NCBI RefSeq assembly: GCF_900083515.1
Contig: NZ_LT671858.1
Location: 270,001-302,000, forward strand
Length of the DNA stretch: 32,000 bases
Origin: Cuniculiplasma divulgatum
GTDB lineage: Archaea > Thermoplasmatota > Thermoplasmata > Thermoplasmatales > Thermoplasmataceae
Reading direction: 5' to 3'
The position numbers and the translations under genes were made by a program. The notes below the pieces were generated by a model. It made no database searches. It saw nothing but the letters and a program-made list of their open reading frames with translations, and had not been told where the DNA came from. Of this stretch, positions 14,685 through 24,554 are shown in pieces (within the stretch, counting starts at the first letter, position 1; each line of letters begins with the position of its first letter).

Positions 14685-17372
14685 TTATAGAAGTTTCCTC
14701 ATAACATTCTGAAGGATTCCTCCGTTATTGAAATATTTCACTTCCACTGGAGTGTCAAGTCTTATTTCAACCTCAATTTTTCCATCTTTTCCATCTTTCT
14801 TCTTGAAACTCAGTGTTGCAGAAGCATGTGGGGAAAGTTTTTCTGGCAATTTTAGATCAAAGTTTGAAAATGGATCTATGTTCAGTGATTCAAAATTATC
14901 CTTTCCTTTGAATTGAAGTGGAAGAACTCCCATCCCCACAAGGTTGCTTCTATGAATTCTTTCGTAGCTTTCGGCGACAACAGCCTTCACGCCAAGAAGA
15001 TAAGGTCCTTTGGCCGCCCAGTCTCTTGAGGAACCAGTTCCATATTCCTTTCCTGCGAATACAATTGAACAGTTTCCATCCTTAATATAATCCATTGAAG
15101 CATCGAATATCCACACATCCTCACTTGCAGTTTCTTTCTTTGTGTATGGGCCAACCTGTGATGCCATCTTATTGGAAATTCTGTTGTTTCCAAAAGTTCC
15201 ACGCATCATTACCTCATGGTTTCCTCTTCTTGAACCAAAGGAGTTGAAATCTTCAGGTTTAACACCATTATCAATAAGGTACTTACCGGCTGGACTGGCC
15301 TTAGATATGGAACCAGCAGGAGATATGTGGTCAGTCGTTACTGAATCTCCGAAAACAGCAAGGCATTTCAGTCCTTTTATATCTCTGACATAATTAGGCA
15401 ACTTCGATGAAAAGTTTTCAAAAAATGGGGGGTTCTTGATATAAGTACTTTTATTATCCCATTTATAAAGATCACCCTCCGGAGCATCCATTTCATTCCA
15501 TAATTCACTAAATCCATAGACATTTGAATAGTTTTTTTGATAAAGATCTTCCTTAAGAACACTTGAAATAACGGTGTTAATCTCCTGGTCTGATGGCCAT
15601 ATATCCTTCAGAAATACGTCCTTTCCATTCTTGTCCTTTCCAATAGGCTCTTTTCTCAGGTTTATATTAATTGTTCCTGCAAGTGCAAAGGCAACTACCA
15701 GTGGTGGTGACATAAGATAATTTGCCTTCACATTTCTGTGTATTCTTGCTTCAAAGTTTCGATTGCCTGAAAGTACTGAGACTGTATAAAGATCATTATT
15801 AACGATTGCATCTTCAATGGTTTTTTCAAGGGGTCCACTGTTTCCTATGCAGGTTGTACATCCAAATCCAACCAGATCAAATCCAAGTTTGTTAAGATAT
15901 TGTTGTAATCCACTCTTCTCAAGATACTGGGATACGACCCTTGATCCCGGTGCCAAACTCGTCTTAACCTTTGGGTTAACAGTAAGCCCGAGGTCAACGG
16001 CCTTCTTTGCCAGAAGTCCGGCTCCTACCATCACTCTTGGATTAGAAGTGTTTGTGCAGCTTGTGATGGCGGCAATCACTACGTCACCATCTGTTAGATC
16101 CACATTTTTTCCCTTAAGCTTTACAGATGCAGTCTTCAAAGACACCTGAACCTGCCCGTTCTTACTATCCTTATGTGATTCTCCTGAAGACTCAAGGAAC
16201 TTAAGGAAGGATGTTTCAGAATTCTCAAGCTTCACCATCTGCTGTGGTAGTTTTGGTCCCGCAATGGTGCTTTCTATCTGTTCAAGATCAAGATCAATTA
16301 CTTCTGAATACTGAATATTATTCTGCACACCATACATTCCCTGTGCTTTCATGTACTCCCTGACAAGTTCTATGTGTTCCTTTTCTCTTCCTGTCAGTTC
16401 AAGATATGAGATTGTTTCATCATCCACTGGAAACAAAGCACAGGTTGCACCATACTCTGGACACATGTTAGACAGGGTTGCCCTGTCAGGAAGTGCAAGA
16501 TGTTTGACGCCTTCTCCATAAAACTCTACAAACTTTCCAACGACATTGCTTCTTCTCAGCAACTCAGTCAGTGTCAATACCACATCTGTTGCAGTTACTC
16601 CCTCCTTTGGCTTACCGTGAAGATTAACGCCCACTACTTTTGGTGAGAGAAATGTTACTGGCTGGCCCAGCATTGCTGCTTCTGCCTCAATACCACCAAC
16701 CCCCCATCCAAGGATTCCAAGACCATTGATCATTGTGGTGTGTGAATCTGTTCCTACTAGGGAATCAAAGTAGGCAGTCCTTTTCCCATCTTTCTCTGAT
16801 ACCTGCACAACCTTTCCAAGAAACTCCAGATTCACCTGATGCACTATACCTGTAGATGGTGGAACTATCCTCAAATTTTTCATGGATTTCTGTGCCCACT
16901 TCAAAAACCTGTATCTCTCCTTATTTCTTTCAAATTCCTTTTGTGAATTCTTCCTGAGGGCGTCTTCTGTACCATAATAGTCTACCTGTACAGAGTGATC
17001 TATTACTAGATCCACAGGAACAATTGGCTCTATCTTCTCTGGATCTTCTTCCAGTTTTCTGAAAGCCTCTCTCATTGAAGCCAGATCTACAACTGCAGGA
17101 ACACCAGTAAAGTCCTGCATCAAAACCCTTGCTACTGTGAAGGGTATTTCAAAGTCGCCCGGGTTTGATGGAGTCCTGGAAAATATATTCTTTAGATCCT
17201 CCTCCCTTATGGATTCTCCGTCAAAATTTCTCACCATTGCTTCCATGATGATCCTTATGCTCATAGGAACCCTGTCTATATTTGGCACTTCTTTCTTAAG
17301 CTTTTTCAGTGATACAATACTGTATTTTTTATTTGCAACTTCTATCTGATCATAAAACTCTTCTTTTCTCAT
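14685..17372 (-). CDS. acn: aconitate hydratase
   Basis: VGTDSHTTMINGLGILGWGVGGIEAEA, TSCTNTSNP, CTTCIGNSGP, SGNRNFEARIH and GSSRDWAAKG blocks. The ORF-track start at 17393 is TTG, and the first ATG (MRKEEFYDQ...) is at 17372. Confidence 0.95.
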   Translation of the reverse strand: MRKEEFYDQIEVANKKYSIVSLKKLKKEVPNIDRVPMSIRIIMEAMVRNFDGESIREEDLKNIFSRTPSNPGDFEIPFTVARVLMQDFTGVPAVVDLASMREAFRKLEEDPEKIEPIVPVDLVIDHSVQVDYYGTEDALRKNSQKEFERNKERYRFLKWAQKSMKNLRIVPPSTGIVHQVNLEFLGKVVQVSEKDGKRTAYFDSLVGTDSHTTMINGLGILGWGVGGIEAEAAMLGQPVTFLSPKVVGVNLHGKPKEGVTATDVVLTLTELLRRSNVVGKFVEFYGEGVKHLALPDRATLSNMCPEYGATCALFPVDDETISYLELTGREKEHIELVREYMKAQGMYGVQNNIQYSEVIDLDLEQIESTIAGPKLPQQMVKLENSETSFLKFLESSGESHKDSKNGQVQVSLKTASVKLKGKNVDLTDGDVVIAAITSCTNTSNPRVMVGAGLLAKKAVDLGLTVNPKVKTSLAPGSRVVSQYLEKSGLQQYLNKLGFDLVGFGCTTCIGNSGPLEKTIEDAIVNNDLYTVSVLSGNRNFEARIHRNVKANYLMSPPLVVAFALAGTININLRKEPIGKDKNGKDVFLKDIWPSDQEINTVISSVLKEDLYQKNYSNVYGFSELWNEMDAPEGDLYKWDNKSTYIKNPPFFENFSSKLPNYVRDIKGLKCLAVFGDSVTTDHISPAGSISKASPAGKYLIDNGVKPEDFNSFGSRRGNHEVMMRGTFGNNRISNKMASQVGPYTKKETASEDVWIFDASMDYIKDGNCSIVFAGKEYGTGSSRDWAAKGPYLLGVKAVVAESYERIHRSNLVGMGVLPLQFKGKDNFESLNIDPFSNFDLKLPEKLSPHASATLSFKKKDGKDGKIEVEIRLDTPVEVKYFNNGGILQNVMRKLL

Positions 17373-17522
17373 ATTTCTAGATGTTAAACTCAATTATAAG
17401 TTTTGAAAGTATTTTAAATACCATATCGAAACATTTCTCATACTTTGGTTTTTGAAATCAATATATTTATGGGATATTATAAACGTGGTACAAGTTAAAA
17501 TAACAGTTCATTCTTATGCCAT

Positions 17523-20500
17523 ATGGGAAATTACATTCTACAACCAGATATCCATGAAGATAAGATATGTTTCGTTTCTGAAGATGATCTGTTTATAAGT
17601 GATATAGACGGGCATAATTCAAAAAGGATCGTTTCTGGTCTTGGGGTTATCAGCAGTCCAAAATTCTCAGAAGATGGCACCCACATAGCTTTTCGACTCA
17701 TGAGAGGAGTACATAATGGAGTAAATGAAATTTTTGTATGTGACTCTGAGGGTGGTTCACTGATTCAGCTGACTCATATAGGATCACCTGCAACAGGAAT
17801 TGCAGGATGGATAAATTCTACCAGTATCATGATATACTCTGACATATACGAACCTACGAGAGGACTAACTGAGTTCTACTCTATAAATCTAAAAACAAGA
17901 AAAATGGAAAAGACAGAATACGGATACGGCAATACAATCCAGTTTTCTGAGAAAGGTATACTTCTGGGAAGAAATACAATGGAGTTACCATACTGGAAAA
18001 ACTACAGAGGAGGAACTAGGGGTAAGGTTTGGTTCAAATTTAAGGAGAGCAAGAAGTTTGAAAAACTACTTGAAATTGAGACAAATATCCACTCTCCAGT
18101 AGTAATAGGATCAAAATTATACTTTGTAACTGACAGAGACGGAACTGCAAATGTATATGCCTACGATTTCTCAGTTAGGAAAATAGAGAAGCTTACAGAT
18201 TTCAAGGAACACGACGTTAGGCCTATGAATGGTAATGGAAATAATCTCGTATTTACTATTGCAGGTGAACTTTACTTATTCGATATAAAAGAAGGAAAAT
18301 CTAGAAAAATAAAAATAAAGATCGATTCTAAATTCACCGCTAAAAATTACGAGTTTAACACTGTGGCCGAGAATATAGAAAGGATACACCTCTTCGATGA
18401 AGAAAATGTTTCTATAGTATCACGGGGAAGAGGTATTCTGAAGGGCAAATATATGAATGCTCCCGTAACTCTAAACTCAACTTTTCATGGAAGGATCAGA
18501 AACATAGATAGGCTAGATGGCGAAAGGTTTGCAGCCGTACAGGAGATAGACGGAGAAGATGGTGTAGTAATATACAGAAGGAATGGGAAAGAAGAAAAGT
18601 CAATTCCAATGGATATTGGAATTATTATGAATATGAGAGCAATAAAAGGATCAGAGAATGTTATAATATCTAATAACAGACATGAACTTTACATCATTGA
18701 TCTGAAGTCAGGCTCAAAAACCCTTATTGATAAGAGTCCAGGAGGAAGGCTGAACGACTTTGACATTAGCAATGATTCTAAACTTGTAGCATATTCATTT
18801 GGACTTTCTTCAAATCGTTCACAAATTAGGATCTATAACATAGAGGAAAAGAAGATATACGAGGCAACATCAAAATCTGCATATGATTTTTCTCCGTCTT
18901 TTGACAGTTCAGGAGCATTTCTCAACTACCTCACGAACAGAGCTCTCGACCCAACCTATGATAATCTTATATTTGACCTTGGTTTCATGACAGTATTCAA
19001 ACCATACTCAATTGCAATAAAGAAGGGAGGCAAAAATCCATTTCTTGGAATGCCTCCAAAGTTCTCCAAGGAGGACGAGGAACTGCCATATGACCTTGAA
19101 AACCTTAAGATGAAATCTCAGGCCTTCCCCATTGAACCAGATAATTATGTGGAGCTGAAGGCTGGAAATTCAGTCGTTTTCTACACAAGGTCTAAAATTG
19201 AAGGTTCAACCAGGCACTATAGTTTAGGAGGTCAAAATAAAAAGAAATCAACCTTACTATGTTATGATTTCACGAAGCGGGAAGAGAGAATGGTCATTGA
19301 TGGTATCAACAGCTTCAGTCTATCCGAGGACAGAAAGAAGATTCTCATTGGACGAAACGGTGACTATTTCACCATAAACTCTGACTCGACGGCTGAAAAT
19401 CAAAAGGACCTTGAAAAAGGAAAGTTAGATCTGTCAGGGCTGACAATCAGAAAAGATCGTATGGAAGAGTTCAGACAGATGTTTAATGAAACCTGGAAGC
19501 TTATGAGGGAAGGTTACTGGAGCAGTGAAAAATTATCCAGATGGGGAAAGGTGAAGCAAAAGTATGAAGGCCTTATTTCAATGATAAATACAAGAGCGGA
19601 ATTATCTGATATTCTTAAGAAGATGCAGGGAGAACTTGGGACATCCCATTCCTATGAGATAGGTGGAGATCTTACAAATGTAGACTATTACTCATCAGCC
19701 AGACTGGGTGCATTCACAGAAGAAACTGAAAAGGGAGCGTATATACGTAAGATATACTCCGGTGATCCATCAAATGAAGGAGAAAAGTCACCATTACTAA
19801 CAACAGGGCTTGAAATTCATGAGGGAGATCTTATAAAAAGAATTGACGGAATGGATATTAATCTTGATTACGGCGTGTTTGAGGCACTTCTAAATAAAAA
19901 AGAGGATACTGTTAATATTGTGGTTTCAGGTAAGGACAAGAAGGAAAGTGAATATGAGATAAAACTCCTAAGTAACCATAGAAATTTAATTTACCGGGAC
20001 TGGGTTGAAAGCAAGAGGAGATATGTTCATGAGAAGAGTAGGGGTAAGGCTGGGTACATACATATTCCAGATATGGGTCCAGCAGGCTTTACAGAATTTT
20101 ATAGATTATTCTCAGAAGAGACAACTTACGAGAATTTGGTGGTAGATGTCAGGTATAACGGAGGTGGACATGTTTCACAGCTTATTCTTGATAAACTAGG
20201 AAGAAAATTCCTCGGGAAAGATATCTCAAGATTTGGTGAACCAGAACCATATCCAAGCTACAGCATCAGGGGTAAGATGGTTTGCGTAACCAATGAGTAT
20301 GCAGGATCTGATGGCGATATATTCAGCCACGCATTCAAGTTGATGAAGCTTGGAGAACTCGTGGGTACCAGAACATGGGGAGGCGTTATTGGTATTAACC
20401 CAATGACAAGACTCATAGATGGAACCGTTGTCACTCAACCGGAATATGCATTCAGCTTTATTGATGTGGGTATGGGTGTTGAAAATTACGGAACAGATCC

Positions 20501-20585
20501 AACAATAGAGGTTGAAGTTTCTCCAGAAGAATTTGCTTCAGGCAAGGATCCACAGCTGGACAGGGCACTAAAAGCACTTCTGTAG
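17523..20585 (+). CDS. tri: tricorn protease
   Basis: 1020 aa. The N-terminus LQPDIHEDKICFVSEDDLF matches the tricorn N-terminal propeller start. It has long beta-propeller repeats, a PDZ-like segment and a C-terminal S41-like catalytic region (EYAGSDGDIFSHAFK). Confidence 0.9.
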   Translation: MGNYILQPDIHEDKICFVSEDDLFISDIDGHNSKRIVSGLGVISSPKFSEDGTHIAFRLMRGVHNGVNEIFVCDSEGGSLIQLTHIGSPATGIAGWINSTSIMIYSDIYEPTRGLTEFYSINLKTRKMEKTEYGYGNTIQFSEKGILLGRNTMELPYWKNYRGGTRGKVWFKFKESKKFEKLLEIETNIHSPVVIGSKLYFVTDRDGTANVYAYDFSVRKIEKLTDFKEHDVRPMNGNGNNLVFTIAGELYLFDIKEGKSRKIKIKIDSKFTAKNYEFNTVAENIERIHLFDEENVSIVSRGRGILKGKYMNAPVTLNSTFHGRIRNIDRLDGERFAAVQEIDGEDGVVIYRRNGKEEKSIPMDIGIIMNMRAIKGSENVIISNNRHELYIIDLKSGSKTLIDKSPGGRLNDFDISNDSKLVAYSFGLSSNRSQIRIYNIEEKKIYEATSKSAYDFSPSFDSSGAFLNYLTNRALDPTYDNLIFDLGFMTVFKPYSIAIKKGGKNPFLGMPPKFSKEDEELPYDLENLKMKSQAFPIEPDNYVELKAGNSVVFYTRSKIEGSTRHYSLGGQNKKKSTLLCYDFTKREERMVIDGINSFSLSEDRKKILIGRNGDYFTINSDSTAENQKDLEKGKLDLSGLTIRKDRMEEFRQMFNETWKLMREGYWSSEKLSRWGKVKQKYEGLISMINTRAELSDILKKMQGELGTSHSYEIGGDLTNVDYYSSARLGAFTEETEKGAYIRKIYSGDPSNEGEKSPLLTTGLEIHEGDLIKRIDGMDINLDYGVFEALLNKKEDTVNIVVSGKDKKESEYEIKLLSNHRNLIYRDWVESKRRYVHEKSRGKAGYIHIPDMGPAGFTEFYRLFSEETTYENLVVDVRYNGGGHVSQLILDKLGRKFLGKDISRFGEPEPYPSYSIRGKMVCVTNEYAGSDGDIFSHAFKLMKLGELVGTRTWGGVIGINPMTRLIDGTVVTQPEYAFSFIDVGMGVENYGTDPTIEVEVSPEEFASGKDPQLDRALKALL

Positions 20586-20676
20586 ATAAAATTCAACATT
20601 TTATTATTTCAAATGTAAATGTTTCTAATCTCTCGTATAGGATAATCTTTTATTCCTCAGATAACATAATGTTTCT

Positions 20677-21549
20677 ATGATATCAGATCAGAGGGCCCAA
20701 GACACAGTGAACCAAATCAGGAACATAATGATATCTGAAAGAAGAAGTCCAAGAACTGTTAAGCAGTACTCATTTCTTCTAGAAGTCTTTTTAGAATTTA
20801 TTAAAAAACCTCTTGAACAATGTGATTCCAGTGATATAGAAAAGTACAAATTCTATCTGGCGACGGAGAGAAATTATTCAAAAAATAGCCAGTATCTGGC
20901 AGTTCAGGCACTAAAGTATGCAATGAAGGTGAAGGATATTAAAATTCCAAAGAATCTGACGCCACCCAAGAGATCCAGAAAAATGCCCGTTTATCTAAGC
21001 GAAAATGAATCATCACGTCTTCTAAGGGCAAGCAGTAAAAACCCCAGGGATTATAACATAGTAAATTTACTTTTAAATTCAGGTCTGAGGGTCAGTGAAC
21101 TGTGCAATCTGAAAAGTGAAGATGTAGAGTTTGACACAGGAAAAATAATGATTCACGGTGGAAAGGGAGATAAGGAAAGGATTGCACTGGTTTCTGATAA
21201 GGTAATGGAATCTTTGAAGTCATATTATAAATCAAAATTGGAAAGAAAGGTTAATTCTCCCTATTTCTTCACAAGCAACAAGGGCAGTATGTTCCATACT
21301 TCAACAATAGAGAAGATAATAAGGACTATTGCTAAGGAAGCAGGTATCACAAGAAAAGTAACACCTCACACACTGAGGCATACTTTTGCAACAAATATTC
21401 TTAAAAACGGAGGTGATATAAGATTCATTCAAACACTTCTTGGGCATTCCAGCATAAGTACCACTGAAATATATACCCATCTTGACAGTGATACTATGAG
21501 AGAAATGTATAAAAAGTTCGGACCTAAATATAATGAGGAATTAAAATAA
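20677..21549 (+). CDS. xerA: tyrosine recombinase XerA (XerC/D-like)
   Basis: 290 aa with an N-terminal SAM-like domain. Catalytic pattern GLRVSEL (R), HTLRHTFAT (HxxR), LGHSSISTTEIYTH (H...Y). Confidence 0.85.
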   Translation: MISDQRAQDTVNQIRNIMISERRSPRTVKQYSFLLEVFLEFIKKPLEQCDSSDIEKYKFYLATERNYSKNSQYLAVQALKYAMKVKDIKIPKNLTPPKRSRKMPVYLSENESSRLLRASSKNPRDYNIVNLLLNSGLRVSELCNLKSEDVEFDTGKIMIHGGKGDKERIALVSDKVMESLKSYYKSKLERKVNSPYFFTSNKGSMFHTSTIEKIIRTIAKEAGITRKVTPHTLRHTFATNILKNGGDIRFIQTLLGHSSISTTEIYTHLDSDTMREMYKKFGPKYNEELK

Positions 21550-21652
21550 TCTCCTAACTTACTTTATTTAAAAACTCAACGAAGATTACCAGAAATAACT
21601 GGAAATATATTCCGAGCCAGTCACTATTGAAACATTAATATTTAATTCTCTA

Positions 21653-21687
21653 AAAAAATAAACTATTTTAAAAGAAATTTATTTTTT
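21653..21687. terminator. A/T inverted repeat between convergent genes (possible bidirectional terminator)
   Basis: AAAAAATAAA (21653..21662) and TTTATTTTTT (21678..21687) are perfect reverse complements 15 nt apart, and they provide oligo-T runs on both strands. Confidence 0.3.
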
Positions 21688-21706
21688 AAAAAGTCTGGGA
21701 AAAAAT

Positions 21707-21916
21707 TTACTGTTTTGGATAGAAGGATTCTACCTTTGTCCTGTTTCCTTCATGGTCATACATGAAAACTCCTTCTTTTTCGTCCAGTGTTTTCTTGTGA
21801 GAACCATCACAATAAGGCTTATTTCCCGACAACCCACAAGCACATATATGTAGTTCCTGATCTCCAGCCTTTATCACATAGGGTCTATCTTTTTCATGTA
21901 ATATTATTCTTGACAT
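21707..21916 (-). CDS. CDGSH-type iron-sulfur domain protein
   Basis: CACGLSGNKPYCDGSH matches the CDGSH 2Fe-2S motif C-x-C-x2-S-x3-P-x-CDGSH. The ORF-track start at 21925 is TTG, and the first ATG is at 21916. Confidence 0.85.
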   Translation of the reverse strand: MSRIILHEKDRPYVIKAGDQELHICACGLSGNKPYCDGSHKKTLDEKEGVFMYDHEGNRTKVESFYPKQ

Positions 21917-22017
21917 AGTTACCAATTTATCATATCAATTGATTACTAAAGGATTTTCCTTTTTTTAAACTGAGATATCTTATGGAAGTATTTCTGCAAT
22001 TCTAATAATAGTATTTC

Positions 22018-23085
22018 CTAGTATTTTCTGGAAACTAGGTAATCTGCAAACCACTTAAGGAAGTCTTTCTGTTCCTGATTTCCATCTATTCTATCTGCAT
22101 ATCTTTTTCCCGCTTCTATAAATCTATCGATCAGCCATCTTGAGTAATCGAATGATGTAGTTTGTTTCACAATATTCTTCAATCTTTCAAAATCTTCATC
22201 GCTTATATCTCCAGAGTTCAGGCAACCATTTATGAAATTGCGGTCATTTTCATGGGATTTCTCTATTGCCTTTATCATCAGTAGGGTCTGTTTTCCTTCA
22301 TTTACATCACTTTTAGGTGGTTTTCCAATTTCCTCCTGTGTTCCGAATAGGCCAATTACATCATCATGGAGCTGAAATGCCAGTCCAACCAAATTACCAT
22401 AGGCCTTAAGCGCATTCAAATTCTCACTTTTACCTGCAAGGTATGAGCCCAGTAAAAGTGGTCCTTCAAGGGTGTATTTTGCCGTTTTTCTGAGGTGAAG
22501 TCTTATGAGGTCATTCATCTTCAGTTTCACTCCTGCACTCGAAAACATGTCAAGTCCTTCACCATATCCGGTAGTTTTTATTATTTCTATAAGTTCACCC
22601 ATTGCTCTGTACTTAATGTCCAGAGGAAAGTCACTTCTGTTTAATGCATCAAAGGAATAGTCCACTGCGAGATCTCCTGCAACAATGGCCAGTGATTCAG
22701 CCATATGTTCCTTATCTTTTATATCTCCAAGCATTTCCTCAACCTTCCTGTGAAAACTCTTGAAGCCCCTTCTCAAATCACTTCTGTCCATTATATCGTC
22801 ATGAATCAGAAAGAATGATTGGGAAAGCTCAATGCTGATCGCCGCTTTGTATATTTCATCCCCTTTTCCACCAAACATTCTGTAGGCAGTAGCTATCAAT
22901 ATTGGCCTGACTCTCTTGCCCCCATTCATTGTGTAGTTTCTGAGTTCCCTTACTATTTTGATCATTTCGTTATCTTTCACATCATTCAGGACAAATTGAA
23001 AATACTCTTCAAGGGCATCATTTATCCTGTTTTTTTCTGCGTTCATGTATTTTTTGAATTTTTCTGTTGAATCAGCATCAACCAT
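22018..23085 (-). CDS. idsA: short-chain polyprenyl diphosphate synthase (likely geranylgeranyl diphosphate synthase)
   Basis: First DDxxD FLIHDDIMD and second FQLHDDVIG aspartate-rich motifs. Phe at position -5 before the first motif is consistent with archaeal type I GGPP synthases. Confidence 0.88.
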   Translation of the reverse strand: MVDADSTEKFKKYMNAEKNRINDALEEYFQFVLNDVKDNEMIKIVRELRNYTMNGGKRVRPILIATAYRMFGGKGDEIYKAAISIELSQSFFLIHDDIMDRSDLRRGFKSFHRKVEEMLGDIKDKEHMAESLAIVAGDLAVDYSFDALNRSDFPLDIKYRAMGELIEIIKTTGYGEGLDMFSSAGVKLKMNDLIRLHLRKTAKYTLEGPLLLGSYLAGKSENLNALKAYGNLVGLAFQLHDDVIGLFGTQEEIGKPPKSDVNEGKQTLLMIKAIEKSHENDRNFINGCLNSGDISDEDFERLKNIVKQTTSFDYSRWLIDRFIEAGKRYADRIDGNQEQKDFLKWFADYLVSRKY

Positions 23086-23159
23086 GGCATGTGATTTCTT
23101 TTAACCATAAAAGCGTAAAGCTTTCCCTTTATAATCATTGAATTAATGACACTTTACTT

Positions 23160-23792
23160 ATGCCCGAGATATGCTGTGGTATTGATGAGGCAGGAAGAGG
23201 ACCAGTTATAGGTCCCATGGTCATGGCAATAGTCTGTTCTGATGAGGAAACAATGTCAGTAATTGGTGCCAGGGACTCAAAGACTCTTTCTCCTAATTCG
23301 AGAGAGAATTTATTCGTAAAGATCAAAGAAAGAGCATTAAGCGTTAACTTTAGAATAGTAAACCCATCTGAAATAAACGAAATGATGAATATAATGACAC
23401 TCAACGAAATAGAGGAAAAAGTTTCCATAGACCTGATTAAAGAATATGGAAGAAATAGGATTTACGTTGATGCATTTGATGTTAACGAGCAAAGATTGTC
23501 CATGAAACTAACCAGCGCAACGGGTATAAATGTAATATGCAAGCATAAGGGAGACGTGCTATTTCCTGTGGTATCGGCAGCCTCAATTATAGCCAAGGTC
23601 ATAAGGGACAGGGAAATTAGGGAAATAACAAGAACTTATGGTGACGTTGGTTCAGGATATCCATCCGATCCAAAAACCATTCAGTTCCTTAAAACATCTA
23701 TCAGGGAAGGCAGAGACCTTACTCCCATAATCCGAAATAAATGGAGTACTTACCTAAGGATAATGAAAGAAGAAAAACAGAGAAGGCTATAA
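23160..23792 (+). CDS. rnhB: ribonuclease HII
   Basis: GIDEAGRGPVIGPMV N-terminal catalytic motif, plus DSK and VSAASIIAK blocks. 210 aa. Confidence 0.92.
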   Translation: MPEICCGIDEAGRGPVIGPMVMAIVCSDEETMSVIGARDSKTLSPNSRENLFVKIKERALSVNFRIVNPSEINEMMNIMTLNEIEEKVSIDLIKEYGRNRIYVDAFDVNEQRLSMKLTSATGINVICKHKGDVLFPVVSAASIIAKVIRDREIREITRTYGDVGSGYPSDPKTIQFLKTSIREGRDLTPIIRNKWSTYLRIMKEEKQRRL

Positions 23793-23855
23793 TGAAACAA
23801 GTTAATAGAGAAAAATAAAACATTAGATTAAAGTATTATTCTGAATTGTTGAACT

Positions 23856-24554
23856 GTGCCAGAAGAAATAAAAAACCCGGATGAACTGAGGGATAGAGAT
23901 GAAATTGCAGATGATTATAACGAGAGAGGAATTGCATTCTTCAACCTCAAGAAATATCCTGATGCAATAAAGGAGTTCACCAAGGCCATAAAGATACTGT
24001 CCAACGATCCAGATTACCACTTCAACAGAGGTCTTGCTTATTATTCAATGAGAATGTATGAGCAGGCAGTTAAGGACTACAGGAACGCCATATCAATTAT
24101 ACCTGAAAACGCTGACTATCATAATGCACTTGGAGCAGCATTGGAAGATTCAGGAATGGCAAAGGAAGCCGTTGAAGAGTTTAACAAGGCCATAGAACTT
24201 GAATCAGATATTCCCGATTTCTTTTACAACAGAGGAAATGCTCTTTTCAAAATTGGAAAGAAGGAAGAAGCATTAAAAGATTACTCTGAAGCTATAAGGC
24301 TAAATAGCATGGATCAAATCTTTGTTTACAAGAGATACGAAACACTGATGGAAATGGGAAGATTTGAGGAAGCGTTAAAAGATATTGAAAAGGCAATCGA
24401 AATATCGCCAGAAAACGGAAGTTACTACCTTTTAAAATCTGATACACTGGTTGAACTTGGCAGAAAAGAAGAAGCCAAGAAAATACTGGATGAAGCATCA
24501 AGATTCAGTGTAGATATTAACGAAATAGAAGAAAGGAAGCGAAAGCTTGAGTGA
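23856..24554 (+). CDS. TPR-repeat protein
   Basis: Repeated 34-aa units with the pattern A..YN.G.A....Y.EA...Y..AI...P (about six copies). GTG start. The stop overlaps the XPD start. Confidence 0.8.
   Translation: MPEEIKNPDELRDRDEIADDYNERGIAFFNLKKYPDAIKEFTKAIKILSNDPDYHFNRGLAYYSMRMYEQAVKDYRNAISIIPENADYHNALGAALEDSGMAKEAVEEFNKAIELESDIPDFFYNRGNALFKIGKKEEALKDYSEAIRLNSMDQIFVYKRYETLMEMGRFEEALKDIEKAIEISPENGSYYLLKSDTLVELGRKEEAKKILDEASRFSVDINEIEERKRKLE

Noticed and set aside
20677-21549. The tyrosine recombinase as an integrase marking a mobile element or provirus.
   Set aside because: Its size and motifs fit the housekeeping archaeal XerA. The flanking genes (tricorn protease, CDGSH protein, GGPP synthase) are ordinary chromosomal genes, and I saw no att-type repeats or viral/plasmid genes around it.
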